DNA from: Dendrobates tinctorius
Taxonomy: Eukaryota
Assembly: GCF_039654945.1 (NCBI RefSeq)
Contig: NW_027361804.1
Location: 2,976,001-3,040,000, forward strand
Length of the DNA: 64,000 nt
Direction: 5' to 3'
This document shows positions 25,596 to 36,500 of this stretch, one piece after another. Position numbers and translations under genes: made by a program. Under the pieces are notes generated by a model. That model saw only the letters and a program-made list of their open reading frames with translations. It made no database searches and was not told the origin of the DNA. The first letter of the stretch is position 1; the number at the start of each line of letters is the position of its first letter.

Positions 25596-27220
25596 TGCAG
25601 TCACCACTAGGGGGAGCTCCCTGTATACAGATATACATAAGATCCTGTCTGCAGCCACCACTAGGGAGAGCTCCCTGTATACAGAGATACATGATAAGAT
25701 CCTGTCTCCAGTCACCACTAGGGGGAGCTCCCTGTATACAGAGATACATGATAAGATCCTGTCTGCAGCCACCACTAGGGGGAGCTCCCTGTATACAGAG
25801 ATACATGATAAGATCCTGTCTCCAGTCACCACTAGGGGGAGATCCCTGTATACAGAGATACATGATAAGATCCTGTCTGCAGCCACCACTAGGAGGTGCT
25901 CCCTGTATACAGAGATACATGATAAGATCCTGTCTGCAGTCACCACTAGGGGGAGCTCCCTGTATACAGAGATACATAAGATCCTGTCTCCAGTCACCAC
26001 TAGGGGGAGCTCCCTGTATACAGATACAGGATAAGATCCTGCCTGCATTCACCACTAGGGGGAGCTCCCTGTATACAGAGATACAGGATAAGAACCTGTC
26101 TGCAGTCACCACTAGGGGGAGCGCCCTGTATACAGAGATACGTGATAAGATCCTGTCTGCAGTTACCACTAGGGGGAGCTCCCTATATACAGAGATGCAT
26201 GATAAGATCCTGTCTGCAGCCACCACTAGGGGGAGCTCCCTGTATACAGAGATACATGATAAGATCCTGTCTGCAGCCACCACTAGGGGGAGCTCCCTGT
26301 ATACAGAGATACATGATAAGATCCTGTCTGCAGCCACCACTAGGGAGAGCTCCCTGTATTCAGAGATACATGATAAGATCCTGTCTGCAGACACCACTAG
26401 GGGGAGCTCCCTGTATTCAGAGATACATGATAAGATCCTGTCTGCAGACACCACTAGGGGGAGCTCCCTGTATACAGAGATACATGATAAGATCCTGTCT
26501 GCAGCCACCACTAGGGGGAGCTCCCTGTATTCAGAGATACATGATAAGATCCTGTCTGCAGCCACCACTAGGGAGAGCTCCCTGTATACAGAGATACATG
26601 ATAAGATCCTGTCTGCAGACACCACTAGGGGGAGCTCCCTGTATACAGAGATACATGATAAGATCCTGTCTGCAGCCACCACTAGGGGGAGCTCCCTGTA
26701 TTCAGAGATACATGATAAGATCCTGTCTGCAGCCACCACAAGGGGGAGCTCCCTGTATACAGAGATACATGATAAGATCCTGTCTGCAGACACCACTAGG
26801 GGGAGCTCCCTGTATACAGAGATACATGATAAGATCCTGTCTGCAGCCACCACTAGGGAGAGCTCCCTGTATTCAGAGATACATGATAAGATCCTGTCTG
26901 CAGACACCACTAGGGGGAGCTCCCTGTATACAGAGATACATGATAAGATCCTGTCTGCAGCCACCACTAGGGGGAGCTCCCTGTATTCAGAGATACATGA
27001 TAAGATCCTGTCTGCAGCCACCACAAGGGGGAGCTCCCTGTATACAGAGATACATGATAAGATCCTGTCTCCAGTCACCACTAGGGGGAGCTCCCTGTAT
27101 ACAGAGATACAGGATAAGATCCTGTCTGCAGTCACCACTAGGGGGAGCTCCCTATATACAGAGATACAGGATAAGATCCTGTCTGCAGTTACCACTAGGG
27201 GGAGCTCCCTGTATACAAAT
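25596..27220. repeat. 57-bp minisatellite with CTCF-like core, left array (CTGCAGCCACCACTAGGGGGAGCTCCCTGTATACAGAGATACATGATAAGATCCTGT)n
   Basis: Direct tandem repetition; same unit and orientation as 39615-44830. Confidence 0.97.
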
Positions 27221-29211
27221 ATAAGAAGTCTATTTTTGTTTCTTGTGAGATATCTGACCCCTGGTGTCAGTTCAGCATTACTGCAGCTTGTATGGTTGGG
27301 GATTTGTGTTCTGTAAAATATCGCAGATCTCTTCTTGCCGTCAGTGAAAGTGTATAGAGATTAGAGTCAGAAGCTGGAAATCTGTCAGGCCAATTTGACA
27401 AGTGAAGTTTTGTTGGTTCACATCTGGAGACATGAAGGGTCCGCACTCCAGACTGGGACATTGTTCCTGCACTGACACATTGTAGCAAACCTCCAGGTTC
27501 ACAGATTCTTGTCCGCAGTCACACAAGCCCTTGACTGGGAGAAGTGACCGGTGATTCATTTCTGGGTTAATGAGACTGCTGCCGCTCACTCACAGCAAGC
27601 AGAGATTTTGACACCCTAGACGATAGCGTCAGACACTGAACCAAGGTTATGCGGTGGCTCCCTTTGTTTACAGGACGCCGGCCCTTTAATTACCAGAATG
27701 GTGGTGGGTCTGCTCCTCGGGGGAGGGGCTTCAGTTTTTCACTATTTGCCACTGGTTTCACATAAATCTATTTTTTAAATAAATTCGCTGTTTGTTTTTA
27801 AATCTCGTCAGACGTCCGATAATCCGGCGAGGGCCGTCTGCAGATACAACGGCTCCGCCCCTTCATCCAGAAGATGATTTGTGGGGTCTGATGTTGGGGG
27901 TCCAGGCTTTGTGCGGCCGCTCACGTTCCGTCCCCCTCTGTCTGGATGGGGGCAGAGGCGTATCGAGGCTTCTGGCACCCGGGGCAAGAATTCGGTTCGG
28001 TGCCCCCCCAGCACACACGCGACTTGCACACTTAGTCCTGTACCCACGAGCCGCTCTCCGTAATGATCTCAGCGATCAGTGATAACCTGAGAGAAGCAGA
28101 AGAGAAGCTCGTTGTCACAGGACCATAAGTGTGAGAGTCGCATATGAGTGAAGTGTCCGTGTGATGACTACTGGAACCTGCAGAGCTGAATCCTGACATT
28201 GCAGCTTCTGAATTCTCACAACGAATGCACTGCACACTTTTAGGATTCTCCCTTGCCGATATACAGTCATGTCAGCACAAGTATGTGATTTATATACTTC
28301 TAGCCACATTCCGACTAGACGTGCCCGGCCTCGCTCCGTTCATTATCATTGAGTGAGGCCACACACGTCTAGTCAGCATGTGACCGTATGTATGTAAATT
28401 ACCGGCACGAGAGAATCCTGACAGTGTCCTGTGCGCACAGTGAGAATTCAGAAGTCTGCAGTCACATAGAATGACTGCAGACTCAGCACAGACCTGGAGA
28501 ACCCCTGTAATGTTCCTAACAAATAAAAACATGAGAATTAGTCAGTATCACAGATAACATTTACATCCAGGTACCTTATATATGACGTCGTCTCTGGAGT
28601 CGTTCTCCTTTTCTTCTTCTTGTCCAGACTCCATGATGAGTTTTCTCATCCACATCTCGTCTCTGTAGACTTCCATCTTCTCCGGTCTTCTGCAGCAAAT
28701 CTCCACACGATCCCCTTAAAGATAGAAGAGTCATTATAATGCTCCTGAATAAATAATTGCCCCTCACTATATCGTCTGCACAAAATATGACCCCACGCTG
28801 TCCCTCTTATGGTACATGCTCTTCACACTGAGCTCTCCTTTCCATTCCGGCCCCCTCTTCACACTGTCCTCTCACACTGTGTCCTCCCTATAGGGTCCAG
28901 TCTATACTGTTCCCTCTCATCACACTCCTCCTCCTTGGTATACTGTCACCTCCTGGCTGTACCCTTACACTGTCCCCCATGCTACTCCCACACTACTCAG
29001 TCTGTATTCTGTGCCCACCCACTTTTCTCCCCCCATACTGTCTCCTCACACTATTCCCCTCCCTCCTCATACTGTCCCCTCTAACATCCCACCTGTTCAC
29101 AATACTGTCTCCTCATTTATTTACCCCCTCACTCTCTATACGGTCTGCTCACATATTCCCCTGACTCCCCATACTGTGTCTGCACACATCCCATCACCCT
29201 CACTCCCCATA

Positions 29212-29783
29212 CTAACCCCAATTCCTACTCCAAATCCCCCCACACATTAAATAACCCCCAATCCCTACTCCAAATCCCCCCACATTAAATAACCCCAATC
29301 CCTACTCCAAATCCCCCCACACATTAAATAACCCCCAATCCCTACTCTAAACACCCCCACATTAAATAACCCCAATCCCTACTCCAAACACCCCCACATT
29401 AAATAACCCCAATCCCTACTCCAAATCCCCCCACATTAAATAACCCCCAATCCCTACTCCAAATCCCCCCACACATTAACCCCAATCCCTACTCCAAATC
29501 CCCCCCACATTAACCCCAATCCCTACTCCAAATCCCCCACACATTAAATAACCCCCAATCCCTACTCCAAACCCCCCCCACATTAACCCCAATCCCTACT
29601 CCAAATCCCCCCACATTAAATAACCCCAATCCTTACTCCAAATCCCCCCACATTAACCCCAATCCCTACTCTAAATCCCCCCATTAACCCCAATCCCTAC
29701 TCCAAATCCCCCCATTAAATAACCCCATTCCCTACTCCAAATCCCCCCCACATTAAATAACCCCCCATACCTACTCCAAATCC
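29212..29783. repeat. C-rich minisatellite (CCCCAATCCCTACTCCAAATCCCCCCACATTAAATAA)n
   Basis: Direct tandem repetition with variable C-runs. Confidence 0.92.
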
Positions 29784-29784
29784 T

Positions 29785-30510
29785 GGGGGCACAGGGGGGC
29801 ACTATTACTATATGGGGGCACTATTACTATATGGAGGCACAGGGGGGCACTATTACTATATGGAGGCACAGGGGGCACTATTACTATATGGGGGCACAGG
29901 GGGCACTATTACTATATGGGGGCACAGGGGGAACTATTACTATATGGGGGCACAGGGGGAACTATTACTATATGGGGGCACAGGGGGGGCACTATTACTA
30001 TATGGAGGCACAGGGGGGGCACTATTACTATATGGAGGCACGGGGGGCACTATTACTATATGGAGGCACGGGGGCACTATTACTATATGTAGGCACAGGG
30101 CGGCACTATTACTATATGGAGGCACAGGGGGGGCACTTACTACATGGAGGCACAGGGGGGCACTATTACTATATGGAGGCACAGGGGGGGCACTATTACT
30201 ATATGGAGACACGGGGGGCACTATTACTATATGGAGGCACGGGGGCACTATTACTATATGGAGGCACAGGGCGGCACTATTACTATATGGAGGCACAGGG
30301 GGGGCACTTACTACATGGAGGCACAGGGGGGCACTTACTACATGGAGGCACAGGGGGGCACTATTACTATATGGAGGCACGGGGGGCACTATTACTATAT
30401 GGAGGCACGGGGGCACTATTACTATATGGAGGCACAGGGCGGCACTATTACTATATGGAGGCACAGGGGGGGCACTTACTACATGGAGGCACAGGGGGGC
30501 ACTATTACTG
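29785..30510. repeat. ~29-bp minisatellite (GGGGGCACTATTACTATATGGAGGCACAG)n
   Basis: Direct tandem repetition. Confidence 0.94.
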
Positions 30511-31089
30511 TGTAGAGCGGAGATGAAGTAGGGAGGATGCAGGAGAAGTGAGGTATCAGTCATCTGTGCAGAGACGTCGTGGACAGAAGCTATAGAGGAG
30601 AATCGAGAACATGAACCCAACTATGGGCGACGTTAGCGGTGACCACTGGATGTATCTGTACTGTATACACACTTCTGGCCCCAGAGAATAACTGCTATCC
30701 ACCATTATGGGGCCATTATATTGCGGTAGTATTTGGCAAGTACTGTGTCCCGGTATGGCGGTAGCATTTGCCCTCTATATCGCAGTACATGGTAATATTT
30801 GGTACACATTTTGTTACTGATCAGTATGGCGGTATTACTTGATGACTTTGTTGCGGTTGTAATATTTGGTCATTGTCTGGCAGTATTACTCATCCCTAGG
30901 GAGGAGGCAGGGTGGCCATGGGCCCATTTGTTGTTAAATGCCAGGGTTGCATGTCAGACCAAGACCAGCGCTGATCCCGGGACAGAGATGCTCTGCAGGG
31001 TTTCTTCTATTCCTTGCTGTCCCTTTAAATGAAGGTTTGAGTTAACCTTGATGGGTCCCGTCCTATGGGGGCAGCGGACATCTGTACAG

Positions 31090-31276
31090 AACACGCCCAG
31101 TGGCGTCAGCGCAGAGATAACGGGCCTGTGAACACAGTGTCAGTGGAGGCTGAGGAGGGGGCACCAGAGGGGCGCAGACCACCGGCCCCAACGTCAAGAG
31201 TGAGGCGCAAAGACGGAGTGTGGTGACCGCTGGGAGCAGAGACGTCACCGACCCTGAACCTGGCACGGAGCCGCAG
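31090..31276 (+). promoter_or_regulatory. Putative promoter and non-coding first exon of the CARD-SPRY gene
   Basis: CpG-rich unique patch with CRE-like ACGTCA motifs, ending in donor CAG|GTAACA at 31277 (alternative CAG|GTATGT near 31352). Confidence 0.4.
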
Positions 31277-31498
31277 GTAACATTCCCGGACTTCTATCCG
31301 TCCACTGGGGGATCTCTGGAAGGAACCGAACATTGCCGTGTAACCTGCCAGGTATGTCAGCGCCGGCCGGGACCGATAGGGTCACTAGTAGAAGGGTCAG
31401 GTGTAAAAAAAAAATGGCTGGACACAAGTGACGAGCGGGAACAGAGACTCATTCTACACCTGCACACGGCTGACACTGAAGTCTACAAGTCACACACA

Positions 31499-33350
31499 AG
31501 TGTCTGCCAGAGGGTGCCCCATATACAGTGTCTGCCAGAGGGTGCCCCATATACAGTGTCTGCCAGAGGGTGCCCCCATATACAGTGTCTGCCAGAGGGT
31601 GCCCCATATACAGTGTCTGCCAGAGGGTGCCCCATATACAGTGTCTGCCAGAGGGTGCCCCCGTATACAGTGTCTGCCAGAGGGTGCCCCCATATACAGT
31701 GTCTGCCAGAGGGTGCCCCCGTATAGTGTCTGCCAGAGGGTGCCCCCATATACAGTGTCTGCCAGAGGGTGCCCCCGTATAGTGTCTGCCAGAGGGTGCC
31801 CCCGTATACAGTGTCTGCCAGAGGGTGCCCCCGTATACAGTGTCTGCCAGAGGGTGCCCCCATATACAGTGTCTGCCAGAGGGTGCCCCCATATACAGTG
31901 TCTGCCAGAGGGTGCCCCCATATACAGTGTCTGCCAGAGGGTGCCCCCATATACAGTGTCTGCCAGAGGGTGCCCCCGTATACAGTGTCTGCCAGAGGGT
32001 GCCCCCGTATACAGTGTCTGCCAGAGGGTGCCCCCGTATAGTGTCTGCCAGAGGGTGCCCCATATACAGTGTCTGCCAGAGGGTGCCCCCATATACAGTG
32101 TCTGCCAGAGGGTGCCCCCGTATACAGTGTCTGCCAGAGGGTGCCCCCGTATACAGTGTCTGCCAGAGGGTGCCCCCGTATACAGTGTCTGCCAGAGGGT
32201 GCCCCCATATACAGTGTCTGCCAGAGGGTGCCCCATATACAGTGTCTGCCAGAGGGTGCCCCCATATACCGAGTCTGTCCCCGTATACAGTGTCTGCCAG
32301 AGGGTGCCCCCATATACAGTGTCTGCCAGAGGGTGCCCCCATATACAGTGTCTGCCATAGGGTGCCCCCATATACAGTGTCTGCCATAGGGTGCCCCCAT
32401 ATACAGTGTCTGCCAGAGGGTGCCCCCGTATACAGTGTCTGCCAGAGGGTGCCCCCGTATACAGTGTCTGCCAGAGGGTGCCCCCGTATACAGTGTCTGC
32501 CAGAGGGTGCCCCCGTATACAGTGTCTGCCAGAGGGTGCCCCCGTATACAGTGTCTGCCAGAGGGTGCCCCATATACAGTGTCTGCCATAGGGTGCCCCA
32601 TATACAGTGTCTGCCATAGGGTGCCCCCGTATACAGTGTCTGCCATAGGGTGCCCCATATACAGTGTCTGCCAGAGGGTGCCCCATATACAGTGTCTGCC
32701 AGAGGGTGCCCCATATACAGTGTCTGCCAGAGGGTGCCCCATATACAGTGTCTGCCAGAGGGTGCCCCCGTATACAGTGTCTGCCAGAGGGTGCCCCCGT
32801 ATACAGTGTCTGCCAGAGGGTGCCCCCGTATACAGTGTCTGCCAGAGGGTGCCCCCGTATACAGTGTCTGCCAGAGGGTGCCCCCGTATACAGTGTCTGC
32901 CAGAGGGTGCCCCCGTATAGTGTCTGCCAGAGGGTGCCCCCATATACAGTATCTGCCAGAGGGTGCCCCATATACAGTGTCTGCCAGAGGGTGCCCCATA
33001 TACAGTGTCTGCCATAGGGTGCCCCATATACAGTGTCTGCCATAGGGTGCCCCATATACAGTGTCTGCCAGAGGGTGCCCCCATATACAGTATCTGCCAT
33101 AGGGTGCCCCATATACAGTGTCTGCCAGAGGGTGCCCCATATACAGTGTCTGCCATAGGGTGCCCCATATACAGTGTCTGCCAGAGGGTGCCCCCGTATA
33201 CAGTGTCTGCCAGAGGGTGCCCCATATACAGTGTCTGCCAGAGGGTGCCCCATATACAGTGTCTGCCAGAGGGTGCCCCATATACAGTGTCTGCCAGAGG
33301 GTGCCCCATATACAGTGTCTGCCAGAGGGTGCCCCCATATACAGTGTCTG
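31499..33350. repeat. 28-29-bp minisatellite (TGTCTGCCAGAGGGTGCCCCCATATACAG)n
   Basis: Direct tandem repetition. Confidence 0.97.
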
Positions 33351-33531
33351 ACATATGCAGGACTTCAGTAGTCCTAGTCCTCCCTGTACACTAGGGATCT
33401 GCGGCAGAAGCCTTATCAGCCTCTCACAGACACTTGTGTTCCCAGGACACTACCACCCTCATCCTCCACCACTGAGGAACGAGCGACTGATGGACCCACA
33501 GGAAACAGAGAACGAGGAGTAACTGCAGACC

Positions 33532-36500
33532 ATGGCGGAAGGTGAGAAGCGACGTCTCATCCATCGGGTCTGATGTACGTGATCGCACCGGGCATCTATA
33601 ATGTTTCATATCACCTCTCTAGTAATGCCATACACTGTCCACGACAGCCGTACTGTGCCCACCGGGCCAGATCCCGTCCACATACAGCCGTACCGTGCCC
33701 ACCGGGGTCAGATCCCGTCCACATACAGCCGTACTGTGCCCACCGGGCCAGATCCCGTCCACATACAGCCGTACTGTGCCCACCGGGGTCAGATCCCGTC
33801 CACATACAGCCGTACTGTGCCCACCGGGGTCAGATCCCGTCCGCATACAGCCGTACCGTGCCCACCGGGGTCAGATCCCGTCCGCATACAGCCGTACCGT
33901 GCCCACCGGGCCAGATCCCGTCCGCATACAGCCGTACCGTGCCCACCGGGGTCAGATCCCGTCCGCATACAGCCGTACCGTGCCCACCGGGGTCAGATCC
34001 CGTCCGCATACAGCCGTACCGTGCCCACCGGGGTCAGATCCCGTCCGCATACAGCCGTACCGTGCCCACCGGGGTCAGATCCCGTCCGCATACAGCCGTA
34101 CCGTGCCCACCGGGGTCAGATCCCGTCCGCATACAGCCGTACCGTGCCCACCGGGGTCAGATCCCGTCCGCATACAGCCGTACCGTGCCCACCGGGGTCA
34201 GATCCCGTCCGCATACAGCCGTACCGTGCCCACCGGGGTCAGATCCCGTCCGCATACAGCCGTACCGTGCCCACCGGGGTCAGATCCCGTCCGCATACAG
34301 CCGTACCGTGCCCACCGGGGTCAGATCCCGTCCGCATACAGCCGTACCGTGCCCACCGGGGTCAGGTCCCGTCCGCATACAGCCGTACCGTGCCCACCGG
34401 GGTCAGATCCCGTCCGCATACAGCCGTACCGTGCCCACCGGGGTCAGATCCCGTCCGCATACAGCCGTACCGTGCCCACCGGGGCCAGATCCCGTCCGCA
34501 TACAGCCGTACCGTGCCCACCGGGGCCAGATCCCGTCCGCATACAGCCGTACCGTGCCCACCGGGCCAGATCCCGTCCGCATACAGCCGTACCGTGCCCA
34601 CCGGGCCAGATCCCGTCCGCATACAGCCGTACCGTGCCCACCGGGCCAGATCCCGTCCGCATACAGCCGTACCGTGCCCACCGGGCCAGATCCCGTCCGC
34701 ATACAGCCGTACCGTGCCCACCGGGCCAGATCCCGTCCGCATACAGCCGTACCGTGCCCACCGGGCCAGATCCCGTCCGCATACAGCCGTACCGTGCCCA
34801 CCGGGCCAGATCCCGTCCGCATACAGCCGTACCGTGCCCACCGGGCCAGATCCCGTCCGCATACAGCCGTACCGTGCCCACCGGGCCAGATCCCGTCCGC
34901 ATACAGCCGTACCGTGCCCACCGGGCCAGATCCCGTCCGCATACAGCCGTACCGTACCCACCGGGCCAGATCCCGTCCGCATACAGCCGTACCGTACCCA
35001 CCGGGCCAGATCCCGTCCGCATACAGCCGTACCGTGCCCACCGGGGTCAGATCCCGTCCGCATACAGCCGTACCGTGCCCACCGGGGTCAGATCCCGTCC
35101 GCATACAGCCGTACTGTGCCCACCGGGGTCAGGTCCCGTCCGCATACAGCTGTACTGTGCCCACAGGGGTCAGATCCTGTCCACATACAGCCGTACTGTG
35201 CCCACCGGGGTCAGATCCCGTCCACATACAGCCGTACTGTGCCCACCGGGGTCAGATCCCGTCCACATACAGCCGTACCGTGCCCACCGGGGTCAGATCC
35301 CGTCCGCATACAGCCGTACCGTGCCCACCGGGGTCAGATCCCGTCCGCATACAGCCGTACCGTGCCCACCGGGGCCAGATCCCGTCCGCATACAGCCGTA
35401 CCGTGCCCACCGGGCCAGATCCCGTCCGCATACAGCCGTACCGTGCCCACCGGGCCAGATCCCGTCCGCATACAGCCGTACCGTGCCCACCGGGCCAGAT
35501 CCCGTCCGCATACAGCCGTACCGTGCCCACCGGGCCAGATCCCGTCCGCATACAGCCGTACCGTGCCCACCGGGCCAGATCCCGTCCGCATACAGCCGTA
35601 CCGTGCCCACCGGGCCAGATCCCGTCCGCATACAGCCGTACTGTGCCCACCGGGCCAGATCCCGTCCGCATACAGCCGTACTGTACCCACCGGGCCAGAT
35701 CCCGTCCGCATACAGCCGTACTGTGCCCACCGGGGTCAGATCCCGTCCGCATACAGCCGTACTGTGCCCACCGGGGTCAGATCCCGTCCGCATACAGCCG
35801 TACTGTGCCCACCGGGGTCAGGTCCCGTCCGCATACAGCCGTACTGTGCCCACAGGGGTCAGATCCTGTCCACATACAGCCGTACTGTGCCCACCGGGGT
35901 CAGATCCCGTCCACATACAGCCGTACTGTGCCCACCGGGGTCAGATCCCGTCCACATACAGCCGTACTGTGCCCACCGGGGTCAGATCCTGTCCACATAC
36001 AGCCGTACTGTGCCCACCGGGGTCAGATCCCGTCCACATACAGCCGTACTGTGCCCACCGGGGTCAGATCCCGTCCACATACAGCCGTACTGTGCCCACC
36101 GGGGTCAGATCCCGTCCACATACAGCCGTACCGTGCCCACCGGGGTCAGATCCCGTCCACATACAGCCGTACCGTGCCCACCGGGGTCAGATCCCGTCCA
36201 CATACAGCCGTACCGTGCCCACCGGGGTCAGATCCCGTCCACATACAGCCGTACCGTGCCCACCGGGGTCAGATCCCGTCCACAACAAATCAATGAATCA
36301 AGAACATAGTAAATATCTGAGCACATCTAATATAACCAGTGGTTCCTCCAAATTTACCAAACGCCACTTATTACATCCCGCGCACTCGGGACTATTCACA
36401 CGTTCATGACCGATGTACTTGGTAGATCGGTTTGGCTGTTATAACCTGCTACAGACACGATTCATAGTTTGACAACGGCTTCTGGCAGTGTTCCTGAGAG

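Noticed and set aside
25596-27220. CRISPR-like appearance of the regular repeats
   Set aside because: No unique spacers, no cas genes, spliceosomal vertebrate context.
27230-28800. Possible extra gene in the unique sequence after the left 57-bp array
   Set aside because: Only short ORFs with no recognisable domain; hairpins such as 28453-28481 suggest non-autonomous element fragments.
33573-36409. Three ~900-aa ORFs
   Set aside because: All three + frames are open because the 40/41-bp unit lacks stops; the region is intronic.
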